Positions 50,744 to 62,899 of a stretch of DNA of 64,000 nucleotides are shown piece by piece. Location: positions 25,420,001-25,484,000 of the forward strand of contig OZ249441.1 of assembly GCA_965235115.1 (NCBI GenBank), given 5' to 3'. The position numbers were made by a program, and so were the translations under genes. Every line of letters begins with the position of its first letter. Position 1 is the first letter of the stretch. Origin of the DNA: Laetmonice hystrix (taxonomy: Eukaryota). The notes beneath the pieces are model-generated. The model ran no database searches. It was not told the origin of the DNA and saw nothing but the letters and a program-made list of their open reading frames with translations.

Positions 50744-52745
50744 GGCGGGGGGAAATGATCTCGAACTGCTGAGGGAGCAATCTATTGGCAAGACGACGGC
50801 GGACGGGCAGACATGCAGGCCGATTGGATTTCATAGAATAAATGATGATAAAACTGATTTACGAGGATTGGTTCCAGGCTTTGAGTAGTCAGCGTCACAT
50901 GACACGTTACAGCAGATGATCAGATTCCCAATCGCTGGCGACCTTTTGTTGCTGCATTTAGAAATATACTGACGTCAACCCCCTCCTATCCTTCTCAGGT
51001 GGCCGCCTGCACTAGGCCAGGGTGACGCCAGCCTAAAACAAAGCTGGTCCATTCCTAATTAAAATGTGTCTATCATTGTGTCTGTGTGGCAAGCATCCTG
51101 TGCCACCGGGATTCCCCCCCCCCCCCCCTCTTCCCCACGCCCACGCCCCTCCCCGTGCCCCGTTCTCATCAGGCGGCCGCCGGCCCGAAGCAGCCCCGAG
51201 CCCCGTCGTTATGACAGGGTTTAATCGCTGATGGAGGGTCAGCCATTGTGGCCTCTAGTGCCATCAAATACTTCCTACCAACGTCCGCCAGCGGCCCCAA
51301 CTCAAACCAAGCCCGGAACCGCTCGCAGACTCCGCTTTAGTTTGGTTAGTCGCCTTCACACTGGCTCAGCCCTATGCCCCAGATGCTCCATTGTCCATTT
51401 GCATTTTGAGCAAGAAGCACGCCTCAGTGGACGGGATAATTGCCGGGGACTTTCTCTGGTCTCTCGGCCGTGCGGAACCGAAACACAAACCTTGCTGGTC
51501 AGCCAATTGGCAGTTGTATTCTTCTGGCAGCCAGCGCTGCCATTTCCTGCAGCATGGCTGACAAAACCACGGCTACACCAACTACCCGTTCTATTCACCA
51601 CCGGTCCATTGAAGGCAACGCTCCGATGGATTGCCAGATATGAATGTGTCGATTTTTATTATGTCTTTCAAATCGAACTAGGAAGAAATTTGTAGTTTGG
51701 ATTTTGAATGTAGTCTGGTTACCGTGCTGTATGAAATACCCCCGTTTTTTACCTGTATGTAGAAAGCCAGCCCCGGATGAGATGATGTTAATATTATGTA
51801 TTGCGAGAGATAAGTCCTTAGAGACAGCCTTGCACAGCTGGGTATAAGTTATATTGTGGGTTAAGCCGAGCGCCGCTACTAGGTCGCCGTGTAATGTCAG
51901 TGTAAAGGCCGAGTATCTGGTGAGGAGGCAGGCATTACGAGCACGCGGCAAGTGGGGATTGCATGCCGGGCGACATTAGCACGGCAGGGAAGTGGGCCGG
52001 TTGTGGGCATCAGCCCGGCTGATCACGCCCATTCATAACGGCGGCAGTGGCGGGCACAGCGCCACCGGCGCCGCCTCTACCCTCCGCTCTGGAGGCCTCT
52101 CCCTCTGACGGCGGCACCCAGCGGCCTGGGCTGTTCTCCGCGCGATCCCGTCACCTTCAGCCCCTCCTTCCCCTCCTCCTCCTCCCTCCTGCCCCTCCCC
52201 TCTCCTACTTCTCCACAACCGTCGTCTATCCCGCCTGTGCATACATGTATACATACAGAGTCTCAGACATGATGGCCCAGTGACGGGCTGACCCAGAGGG
52301 GGCCGTGCTAACACCCGCCCAAACACTCTGATTTATGGACCATTCGTGTCTGATGGACCAATGGCTGCTTCCCACATCTACCCATGTCCCGTGCCGAATA
52401 TTGACATTTGCAATGTGAGAAAGCAGAGACGTTAGTTTCCTTTAGATTTGATAGGAAGGAAAAAATCGATGGGTTGAGCATCTGGAATTTGGTTGACGCG
52501 ACATATATGATACATGCTGGGGGTATTATACGTTGTATTTGGAATATTCAAAGTCTGTCTCCTCATACAGTTTGTCGACTTAAGAAGATATGTAATGTTG
52601 AATAGTCCACTATATGGATCAATAGTTGTTTGCAGGATGGACGCGGGTTTGTAGTGGTTTGGGTCACCCTTATATTATAGAGAGTGAAGCCTCCTTGTAA
52701 CAGTCTAAAAGTTGATTACAGCGGTGTTAGGTTACTGCAGTGATG

Positions 52746-52775
52746 TTGTTGATATTGTTGATATTGTTGATATTG
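52746..52775. repeat. (TTGTTGATA)3 short tandem repeat
   Basis: Read directly from the sequence. Confidence 0.85.
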
Positions 52776-53131
52776 ATGTGACTTCACGTATGGTGATAGC
52801 GAAGATGTCTAACGATTGCCGTTTCTCTGTGTGTTATAGCGGCATTACATGAGAGGTTTGCCTTAGAAGGACATCACCACCACCCACACAGTCACCTGTA
52901 CTCGGAGCCGGGCTTCACCGACACAGACAGCGTACTACAGGTAAAACTCCTGCCCTTTCTCCATCTCTCCCTCCTCCCTTCCCTCCTCCTCCTCCTCCTG
53001 CTCCTTCTCCAATACCCTCCAGGTAACGCTATAGCTGCCCCACCCCATGCACGGTCACCCCACCCCCACATCCACCGCCACCCCACTTCACCCCCACCCG
53101 CCATCGGTCCTACTGATGACGATCATCCTCA

Positions 53132-53298
53132 AATCAATCAGTCAGACTCAGTCAGTCAGTCAGACTCAGTCAGTCAGTCAGACTCAGTCAGTCAGTCAGA
53201 CTCAGTCAGTCAGTCAGACTCAGTCAATCAGTCAGACTCAGTCAGTCAGTCAGACTCAGTCAGTCAGTCAGACTCAGTCAGTCAGTGATCAGTCAGTC
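53132..53298. repeat. 18-bp tandem array (AGTCAGTCAGTCAGACTC), ~9 copies, derived from (AGTC)n
   Basis: GACTC recurs every 18 bp from 53145 to 53271, giving the SQTQSV repeats in ORF 53047-53493. Confidence 0.95.
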
Positions 53299-55753
53299 TG
53301 CGCTGTTGGCGCCGTCCCCAGTCAACCATCATATACCAGCAGGTCTCGCTCAAACACTCATGAATCATCCGTTCACTTTCACCATCAAAACCAAAGAAAA
53401 ATATTATCAAAACGGGAATTTAAAGTTTGCCATCTTTTCATCCCAGATTCTGACCTGGATTTCTCTTCGGTGTGCGGGGTTCATTATTTGTAACATATTT
53501 TGGCCATTAGAGTATGATTGTGTTAATTTCGGAGTTGAAAGGGAGGCACGGCTTCTCCAACTGGCGGCTACCTTCCTGTGTGTTTTATAATGAATTTCCT
53601 AATGATAGTTTTCGAGCTGCTGGGCTTGTAATCAAACGTAATTAACTTTGAAGTCTACGAAAGGTTCGTCTTAAGAAGCGTCGAGCTCATTGCCTCCTGT
53701 GATAGGAGTTTTTAGGGGTCTGTGGTAGACTTTAGTCTATACAGCCGCTAAAACTGCATTTCATTGTGGAACAACACTTTAAAGGTCTACCGATGGTTAG
53801 ACCTATCTTAGAAAGATGATTTCAATATTCAGTGTGCTTTGATGGAGCCCTAGCCTGATTTAATCCGAAATCGATGCTAAATATGTATGCTGAGTTGATA
53901 AATCTATATACATAAAGTTCAGTACTGGCACATAGAGGAGAAATAACGAGGTATAGTGTAGCCCTTCGTTACAACTACCGTCTGCGTCAACCTATAGATA
54001 TAATTGAGATAGCTATCAAATTGTCACGATGTTTCTTTAATATTCCGTTGATTGAGAGACGCTGTTTCTGTTATTTTCCAGGCCCTTAACGGCTTTCTAT
54101 TCGTTGTAACCTGTGATGGAGAAGTGTTCTGGGCCTCTCGAACTGTCGAGCAGTACTTGGGATTCCACCAGGTGAGTCGTGTCAAAGTGTCCTCACCTGT
54201 CGTGATGTACACCCATAATGTAATGTGATTCACCACATGAACGGAACCAACATGTATGGCGTTGTTTTGTGTCCAGCATCACATAGAGAGTAACTAACTA
54301 CAGGCAGGAGGTGAAATGGAATGACTGAATGGAAAATTCTCGAGTTTGTTTAATTTTTTTGTATACTCATTTATATCAGGGAGTGAGTTTGTCGATTAAC
54401 CTGACCGAGCCTGCCCAGTGTTAATTAATGTCTGCAAGTTATGAAGTAATGAAGCTGAGAGCATCATTAGTGCCGGTGCTGCCATGAAGTGCGACCCTGA
54501 TGAAGGCAGCTATCTCCCCGGCCCGGCCTCGCGCCCAGCCGTAATGTGGCCCCGCCACGCGAACCCCGGCCAGATGCACGCTAATTACCCAACACACTTG
54601 CGCCAAGATACGACCAGAATCAGCCGGGATCACTACAAACTGAGCATTCTCCACCAATCTTCGGGCGATTAATCGCGCGCAAACAGAGAATACTTGGGAG
54701 ACGGTGTTCGTGCCGAAGCGTGCGGCCATCAGGGGGTGGGATCTAATAGACCCGCGGCTGAGATGGGCCGGCTGGCCATTGGATGTGAAGGCTGTTCAGA
54801 TTAGGGCCCTATCGCACACCGGCAACGGTGATTGGAAGCGAAATTTGAGCCTGGCCCCACCAAGCGCCTAGCCCACACCAATAACGGCTCGTGCAGATTG
54901 CGGGGGCTCTCCTCGAAATCGTGCTTCTCTCCAGTCGGATCTTTTAGAGGTCCTCCACCGACTGGTGGCTCCCCCTGTCGATGGAGGACCCCTGTTTGCT
55001 GTAGGTCAGCCGGGCGGCCACTGCCAGCGTTGTCACATGCCAACAACCTGCAATTGAATTACACCCATAATGTAGTTTTGAGGATACATGGCAGTGATTT
55101 CAAGGCTAATAATTGGGAACATGGAAGTAATCTCAGAGTTAATGCCTCATGCTTTGGACCCAGTGCTGACCTGGCAATTGCCTCTGCTCAGACCTTCAGA
55201 CGCGCTTCCTGCCCGATCCCCAGCGGGTTCAAGACACAGTCAATCGACTGATGTCACCAGGAGCGGTAATCAATCTATAACATTGTGACATCAATCATCA
55301 CAGTGACACTTAACAGGGCCGCCTGGCCACTGATAGAACTTTAATGGAATGAATTTTAATTTACTTAATTGTTCCCTGAAGGAGGGCGAGACTGTGGCCG
55401 TGACGGGCGATGCGCCATGCCCTTCGGTGGCTTTCATCCGCGCCACAATCTCTCAGCCTCAATTGCATCACTACCTTGTGGCGATGTGATTGGACGAAAT
55501 TGGGTGTAAAACAAGTAGGTCTGTCGATGCCGGTGGCGGTCGTGTGGCCACCATATTGACTTTGGGGTTCGCACAGCGGGACCGCAGCACGGGGTCCCTC
55601 TCGATGTAACCCGTACACGTGATTCTACACCTCATGTTCCCGCCAGGTCTGGCGAGCACCACGAGGCTGGTGGAAACAGTCGGTTGGGATTGATGTTAGA
55701 GTCTCGGACTGCCGGAAGTAATGGTAGAAACAGAGAGACACACACAGGGGGAA

Positions 55754-55802
55754 GAGGAGGAGGAGGAGGAGGAGGAGGAGGAGGAGGAGGAGGAGGAGGA
55801 GG
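55754..55802. repeat. (GAG)16 perfect trinucleotide microsatellite
   Basis: Read directly; it gives the poly-Pro ORF on the minus strand. Confidence 0.95.
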
Positions 55803-57001
55803 TGGTGGTCCGTTCATGTAACGAGCACGATGTTCTCTGACTGTTCAAACAAGATTAGCCCAATACACCCGGCAGCTATACCTTGTACAATTACCGGAAT
55901 AACGAGAGGGGTCCAATTAAAGGAACCCTTTTCTAAAACGGGACATCATGAAATTAGTTTGAAATCTAGCAAGGATGGGTGATAAAACAGAAAGGAGTAG
56001 CTTTGTTTGCATTTTTGATAGGACATTTATTACTGCAGGTTAAATCAATCCCTGACGATACATCACCATAAAACTGAAGCGTCTGTCAGATATATTGTTG
56101 CAAGGTCAGTGCTTCACAGACCTAGCCTGGCTTAAGAAATAATTAAAACAGTGTTTCGGATAGATCAGAGGTAATCGTTAATTAAGGTCTACTGAAGAGA
56201 CGGAGTTAGTATGAAAGGAAAGATCACTTAGTGACGTGATCCAGGCATTTGAAAAGACGATTTAATTGAGGATGAAATGAAAACACAATTTAAGTTGTCT
56301 ATTCCTATTTAATGTCGCTGTGTGGGGTGGGTGGGATTTTTGGCGTGTCCTAAGAACTGTAGGCCTATGGGCCTGTAATATGTTAAGTTCTAAATTGGAC
56401 TAACGTCTAAGGAGGTGCCTTTGATGGTACACAGGGGGCAGCTAGCTACAAGACGCCAAATGAGCTGTGCTCATCAGGAGGAGGAGGTTGGAGGACTTGC
56501 TCGGTACACGGGAGGCAGTCCGGGCTCGATTACTCCACAGTTTATAGTCGATGATCAGAGAGATATACAGGCGGGTGACATGGTGCCGCAGCCAAGCGAC
56601 ACTGGTCTCATTGACCAGAGCCGGGGGGGGGGGGGGGGGGTAGAGGGATGATGTAGCCACTTATATATGTGGAGAACATCTCCATCACCTCATCATAGGG
56701 TACAGGGTGCCAACTGTCGGGTAGATGACAAAGGCAGTTCAACTCTGGTGAGGATGGCAAACTGCGGGTTCTTGATACCTACCAGAGAACCAGAGCAAAG
56801 TAGCCTCCCATACTATCTTACGTAGGGTTCTATGAAAGAAAACAATGATAATGAAGCTTTAGACCTATTTTAAAGCGTTATTGTTTCCCCGGTTAGGAAA
56901 TGTCAGACATACTGTTGGCACCTGCAAGTTGATGTATTCGCAGAAATGTCCTCTCATTTATGATGAATGACAAGCCGGGAGAAACTGAAGCCGGGTTGCA
57001 C

Positions 57002-57065
57002 GGGTCATGACCTGTAGAGGTCAGAGGTCATAATCATCGGAGGCTGCAGCCGGACGACCAGGTCA
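57002..57065. promoter_or_regulatory. Nuclear-receptor half-site cluster (IR0 + DR1 + single half-site)
   Basis: GGGTCA-TGACCT (57002-57013, IR0), AGGTCA-G-AGGTCA (57018-57030, DR1) and AGGTCA (57060-57065). Confidence 0.45.
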
Positions 57066-60000
57066 TCCGGGTGATTCACGCCCTCAATTACCGTGGCAAC
57101 ATAATGGTTGCCAACAGCGACCAGCCCAGGAAATGTAGCAACAAGCAGTGGGGGCAGGGATGTTCACTGACGTGGAATAACACTGATTGAAACGCCAACC
57201 TCCAGGTGGCGCTCTGCAGCGCCAATTTCAATGTCTCCATACAGAGAGGTACAATTAGTTGCGTAAGATCCTTTCAGATCCAAATCACTGGAGAGCGGTA
57301 ATAGGGTAGCAACATTTGGGACGTTACGAGAAGCTTTTCTAAAGGGATTACAGGAATTAAATGCCAGGTCGTGACAGTAATTTTACATAGCATTTAAAAA
57401 GACATTTGCTTTGATTGTCTTGCCATTTTGATTAGTCAGTTAATGACCTGAAAGGAGAAGGACCTTTAACAGTTCCAGTGTCAGCAAATTATTTGTTACC
57501 ATGAAAGGAACAACATAGGTCACATGGGAAGGTTAGAGAATTCATGACAAAAAGATCAAAGTCACTGGGTTATAATCACTTTAGCTTTAATCAGATTCCG
57601 AAGACATTTAGTCAGTTTAAGTTAATGACATGTGAAGTACAGTGTCCGATTTATGTTGGCAAAAAATATCCAGAATAATTTTAGTGGAGTAAAAGTCTCA
57701 TTACGTTCAGTTCATTTTCTCTTCACTTTGAAAGTTATAATATTAAAAAAAACACATTCAAGAGTCGATGATCACAGGTGTGTACCTGACATCACCCACA
57801 GCCCCCAAGGAATCTAACCTGGTTCAGTCACTGAACACTCAGCTTGATTTGTATATTGCCTTTATTGTATTTGGTGATAATCCATTATGAAGCGACTCTG
57901 TGAAGATGTCAGACGTGAAATCTACGTGATCTACACGACTGAGATGTGTGGCCCTGCCTGGCGGATCGCAGGGTCCATTGTCAATGTATACCTGCACTGA
58001 TCACGGTTGTCATAGGTTAACATTAATGGCAGAAGATGGAGGCGAAGCAAGATGGCACATTGATACCATCAACAAACTTCCGAAAGGCGCACTTTTTGTG
58101 TAACCTGCCATAGTTTTTCATTTTTTGTTATCTTTTGCATGTAAGGTTGTTTCGTTCAAGAAGGCTAATTATATTAAATTAATTTGTCCATGCTTTTTCT
58201 ATTTGTATGTGCTTTAATTAAACCTTGATACTTTGCAGGAATATATTTCAATCGCCTAGTCCGATAACGAAGGGAACGAATAGAATAAATTTAATCGCCA
58301 TCAAATACTGGTTATAATTGAAGGATTTATTAATTTATTTGCAGTCTGACATCATCCATCAAAGTGCGTTAGAGTTGATTCACTCCGAAGATCGAGAGGA
58401 CTTCAAAAACCAACTCAACTGGCGGTCCCAGCTTCCCTCAGACCAACAGGAAATGACCTTACAGGAAGCACTCTTGCCAGGTTAGTTTGGATTCAGAAAT
58501 ATTTGCCAGTGATTTGCCTAACCCATTATAAATATAGATATTGTTTTCCCTATATCTTCCCTTGTTAGTGTGTGCCTTCGTGGTTCTACTGAGTGAGTTG
58601 GTCTGTGACACAAGGTGGTAACAAGACCAAATGCGTGACGACTGGAAACGGTGTAACAGGAAAATAATCCCCTGTGATTTACGTGGGTGAAACTTCACCG
58701 AACACACATATAAATTCTTCTGTCTCGAACCAGGTTACTAAAGCCCTTGGGCAACATAGATGGAATACTAAAGAATAATTAAGTCAAACTGTTTCTCTCT
58801 CTTGAGTTACGACTACGGTTTCAGACCGCGATCAAGATAACTCCTGATATGTTGTGATCACAGCCATGCGTACAATTCATTACACATTTAATTGACATAC
58901 GCACTGATCACTTTGAATCTAATTATTCCAACCAAGGGAGACGCATCATGAACACACCTGTAGTTCATTAAACTCCGAGGATTTTCGGCTCATAAATCTA
59001 AACATCGTTTTTTTAACATATATAAATAGTATCTATTTCACGGACCTTGAAAACAGCGTTCTCTCTTTATTGATGTCTTCAGGCTATGCTATGCTCTGTA
59101 AAAAAAGAAAAGAAATCATGTAAGTCCTAATATGATGCCACTGCTACATATAAGGCTTCCATGCACTTCTTTCAATGATTTTAAAGGCATAATGACGCCT
59201 GCAATAAGAGTTTCCCTTGTCAGATTTACCAGTAAGAGAAAATAATTGTTAGTTTAACATTTCATTGCAGCAGATGGTTATTTGACGGAGTTGTCATTTC
59301 CATATGCAAATGAGTGGGTCGGCCGGGCCACCCGCGCCGACATGTCGTCACGTATGACGGAGGGCGTCCCAGGGGCAGTGTTCTCTCACCAGGGGGCGAC
59401 ACCTACATGTCATGTGACAAATTATGACCAGTTGAGGCGAATGGCGAGCCTAATCCACATGGGGCAAGGTGGCTTTGAACAGCATCTGAAGAAACTCACA
59501 ATAACTCATGTCAGATCACTTCAAAGGTGCATCTGTCATTTAAAAAAAACGAACCATGCATGTGGTCAGAAAATGAGATGCTAAAACCTCCCCCAATACA
59601 GAACTGATCTCAACAGAATTTCTTCCAGTTTTCCTTATTTCATCGGGTTTTATGAGGCGTTTGGAAACTGAGATGGAAGATAGATGAGGTAGATCGGGTA
59701 GTGGTGGAGAACAAGGAATGAGAGGGCGATTTGAGATAATGTATGTAGGCGTATAGAGCTTTGTTCATACTGTTTATACGGAAGATGAGAAGCTCGAATC
59801 CGTGAGATCTGGGATTCGGACAGTCCCCAGAGGGAGCCCCCGACTCCACCCTCTCGGGACTGGGCTGTCGTCGGTAGCCGAGCGACTAGGGGCCCAGCTC
59901 CAGGCCACTTTTTGCTGTCACCACCTGCAGTTGGCGGCAAGTGTCGGCTGCCACATCAAACGGGTGTCCGTGAATAATGGATGAGTCTATGAATACGTAA

Positions 60001-62885
60001 TGAGGGATTGTCCCCGGCAGTGGATGGGGACACCCTGCCCAACATAGCAGTTGGTAGTAGTGGAGTCGTTCCGCGGCACGGAAGTAAAGGATGCGATGGA
60101 CACAATCTTTTAACTCCCCAATGGTCCTGTTCATATAACCCGGAACAAAACATAACAGGGTAACCAAGAAATGTACTTATTGATTGATATTATTTATTGG
60201 GTCTATTTAGATAAAAAAAAAACAAATTCAGATTTCACTAACCACCAAACTGCTTAAAGTACCACATCAGATTGTGCACTCAGCTCTGCCAGGCCTTTTG
60301 AGGGCATTCATTCATGACGGCCTCTTGGTCATTGACTTGGAGAAAGTGGTATTTACACAGACTTGGACTCAATGACCATGAAGAACTAGCATTGAGTCAT
60401 TACGGATTGTGTTGTGATTGGAGTCGTTTTTCGGATCTGGTTACAGCTATTATTGTACACCAGCAAAGTTCTGACAAACTCAAACAGCCCCGTATCGGTT
60501 ACTGTCATTTGATATCTGTGTGGATATTGTATGGATGAGAAGCACGAGCTTGCCACAGAAGAACACATCAAATGGGTGGGGACTCATATTATGTAATCGT
60601 ATACAGTGGACAAAAATGAGTCATGACAGAGTGAAGATCAGCAGTACTAATGACCAAAACGTTCTGTCATGGTAAATGCATCGCATGCGGCCGCAGGAGT
60701 TGTGTTGGTTTATGTGTTCCTTGTCTGTATTAGCGGTAAAAAATCATAATGAGGATTCAGGGACAGGGATTATGTGTCGGATGTTTTCCTATGTACATGT
60801 CCTTTGATGTGTTTCTTTGTATCTTTCAGAAAACAACCATGTCTTGCAACGATCGTTTACCGTGCGTTTCCGGTGTCTCCTGGACAACACTTCCGGTTTT
60901 ATCGTGAGTATACATCTTTGTCTTCGGTATGATGCAGCTACAAACATGAGCTTCTCACGTTAAGGACCTCAGGGAACGCTCAGCCTATTTGAGGTCCTAA
61001 ATGCCCCATGTTATGTAGTCCTTTTTAGCCAAAGGAACACACTGTTAACTGTAAAATTTTCGCCTGAGATGGGCATTTAGAGATAATCAAGCTAAAATGG
61101 CACGGGACGAGTGTTAAATTTCGTGGCGGTGAAAAGACGTAATTTGAAGGTTTAACTGAGAATTTCGCGAAACCTTCATGGTTTACATTCCCTGTACCTG
61201 ATTGTAGTGTGGTTTGCCTACATGGATGTGTCAGCATGGCCCGACTGACCACCATGTGTAGGATCAAGGGCAGGACGAGATGGGGTAGGGTTCCTGGGAC
61301 AGGACAGGTCGGTCTTAATGACGATCCCCATGAAAGTGGATCCCGGCGGCAGCATGTAACATACAGTGGCGCCGGCGCTTAATGACAATACTACAGGCCT
61401 TGACGCTACCGTTCTCAATTATCATGTCTGCGCCTTCCGTATACATCCACGGCGGGAGCTGGGGGCTGGGGCCAGGAGTCGCACGCTCTGCCCACGAGGG
61501 TTGTAACTGAGACGGGCTTCAAGCGGCCACACCATACCAGCCGCCTAATGCACGTGGCCTGCCAGCGGGCTCCATTATGCGCCCCAACAAAATGGTGTAC
61601 TATACATATAAACACGGCACACTATCGATCCACGGCTCCTTTGGCGAAGCGTTAGAACTCCGTTTAGTCGTCATCTTTCCCGAGACAGGGCCACATTAAA
61701 GGCTATCTGTAGCTGCTCCTCCATTAGCACGGGTCAGCCTACACTCACTGGCCGGCTCCCATGTCTGCGGCGTGCACAGCCGAGTGACGCTACACTACCA
61801 GTCATATACCACATGGAGGGTCAGACCTGGGGGTGGGCAACCAATGACTGGAATTGTTCCGTCAGGGAGCGGTACCAACCTCAACTCCATTAGAGAAGAT
61901 GTTTGTAATCGGAAAATTGTATCTTAGTGATTTGAGTGCCCATGGCCCTATGGTGCGGCCTTGGTCGCCATCAGCCAATACAGATTACACCATCAGCTGT
62001 ATGGCAACAATCGATGCCCACCAGGACCTCCTGCTCTACAACTCGTGTGCTGCATGAGTAGTATACAAAAAAGGGCTGTTGGCTCAGGCAAAACTAGCAT
62101 GCACTCTTCTTCAGTTCAGTATTCATTATGAACAAACCCACTGAACTACCCTTCATTGTTTTGATGAACTAATAAGTATTTTTATTGTCCTGCACATGCA
62201 CGCGCGGGACCGTTCATTATTGATTTGAAAGGAATGAGACCGCCTTTATTCTGCTGTGAATGCGACAGAACGGTTTGTGTGAAAATACAGGTGTTACGGG
62301 CGAATTCTTATCTCCATTAGGGTAATTATCATCAAAAGTCAGGGTTAATTGCATCCAGTGACCTTGTACTGACCATCTCGAGCCTGGGAAATGGCCCTAA
62401 CCCCTTCTTAACCCCCAATCAACGGTCTATCCTCTCCATGCAGATGAACCGATCTGATTCTGGCCTTCGTAACAGGATAAACAGTTACTGTACTCCTGAA
62501 CTCAGCCACAAACACGGGTCATGAGAGCAAGATGGTTGGCCCAGTGAACATGTCGGAGATTGCTTATATTGCATCTTCTTTCATGTAAGGAGTTTTAAGT
62601 TGGGAGATGGACTTGTTTGGTGATAGTAATCGCCCCACAGTTGCTCAAGGCCGGGAAGGTATAGCCTGCTGAGCGGTGGACGTTCAAAGGACCTTCAAAG
62701 ACATCACTAGAGCGGGTTTATAGAGTGGAGATGATTATTGACACGTAGTGTGTGTGTTACCAAGGAAATGGGGACTACCACTTGTTACCTGAGCGACGGT
62801 GATTGTTTGATCGATGGACGGGGCGCGTTGTAACGGGTAGCTGCACCCCACGAACCGGAAGGAGAGAAAGGGGCCAACACCTCGC

Positions 62886-62899
62886 GCGCCCTCTGGTGG
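62886..62899 (-). promoter_or_regulatory. CTCF core motif, exact consensus match
   Basis: The minus strand reads CCACCAGAGGGCGC, matching CCASYAGRKGGCRS at all 14 positions. Binding is not demonstrated. Confidence 0.5.

Noticed and set aside
49709-50834. Cys/Pro-rich repetitive ORFs of 251-363 aa
   Set aside because: The 44-bp unit is not a multiple of 3, so all three minus-strand frames encode the same rotating peptide. This is a repeat artefact.
53779-54089. Kolobok-like element between TTAA sites (TTAA-AGGTCT ... AGGCCC-TTAA)
   Set aside because: The termini match at only 4 of 6 bases, and similar TTAAAGG starts at ~11660, ~55916 and ~63971 have no partners.
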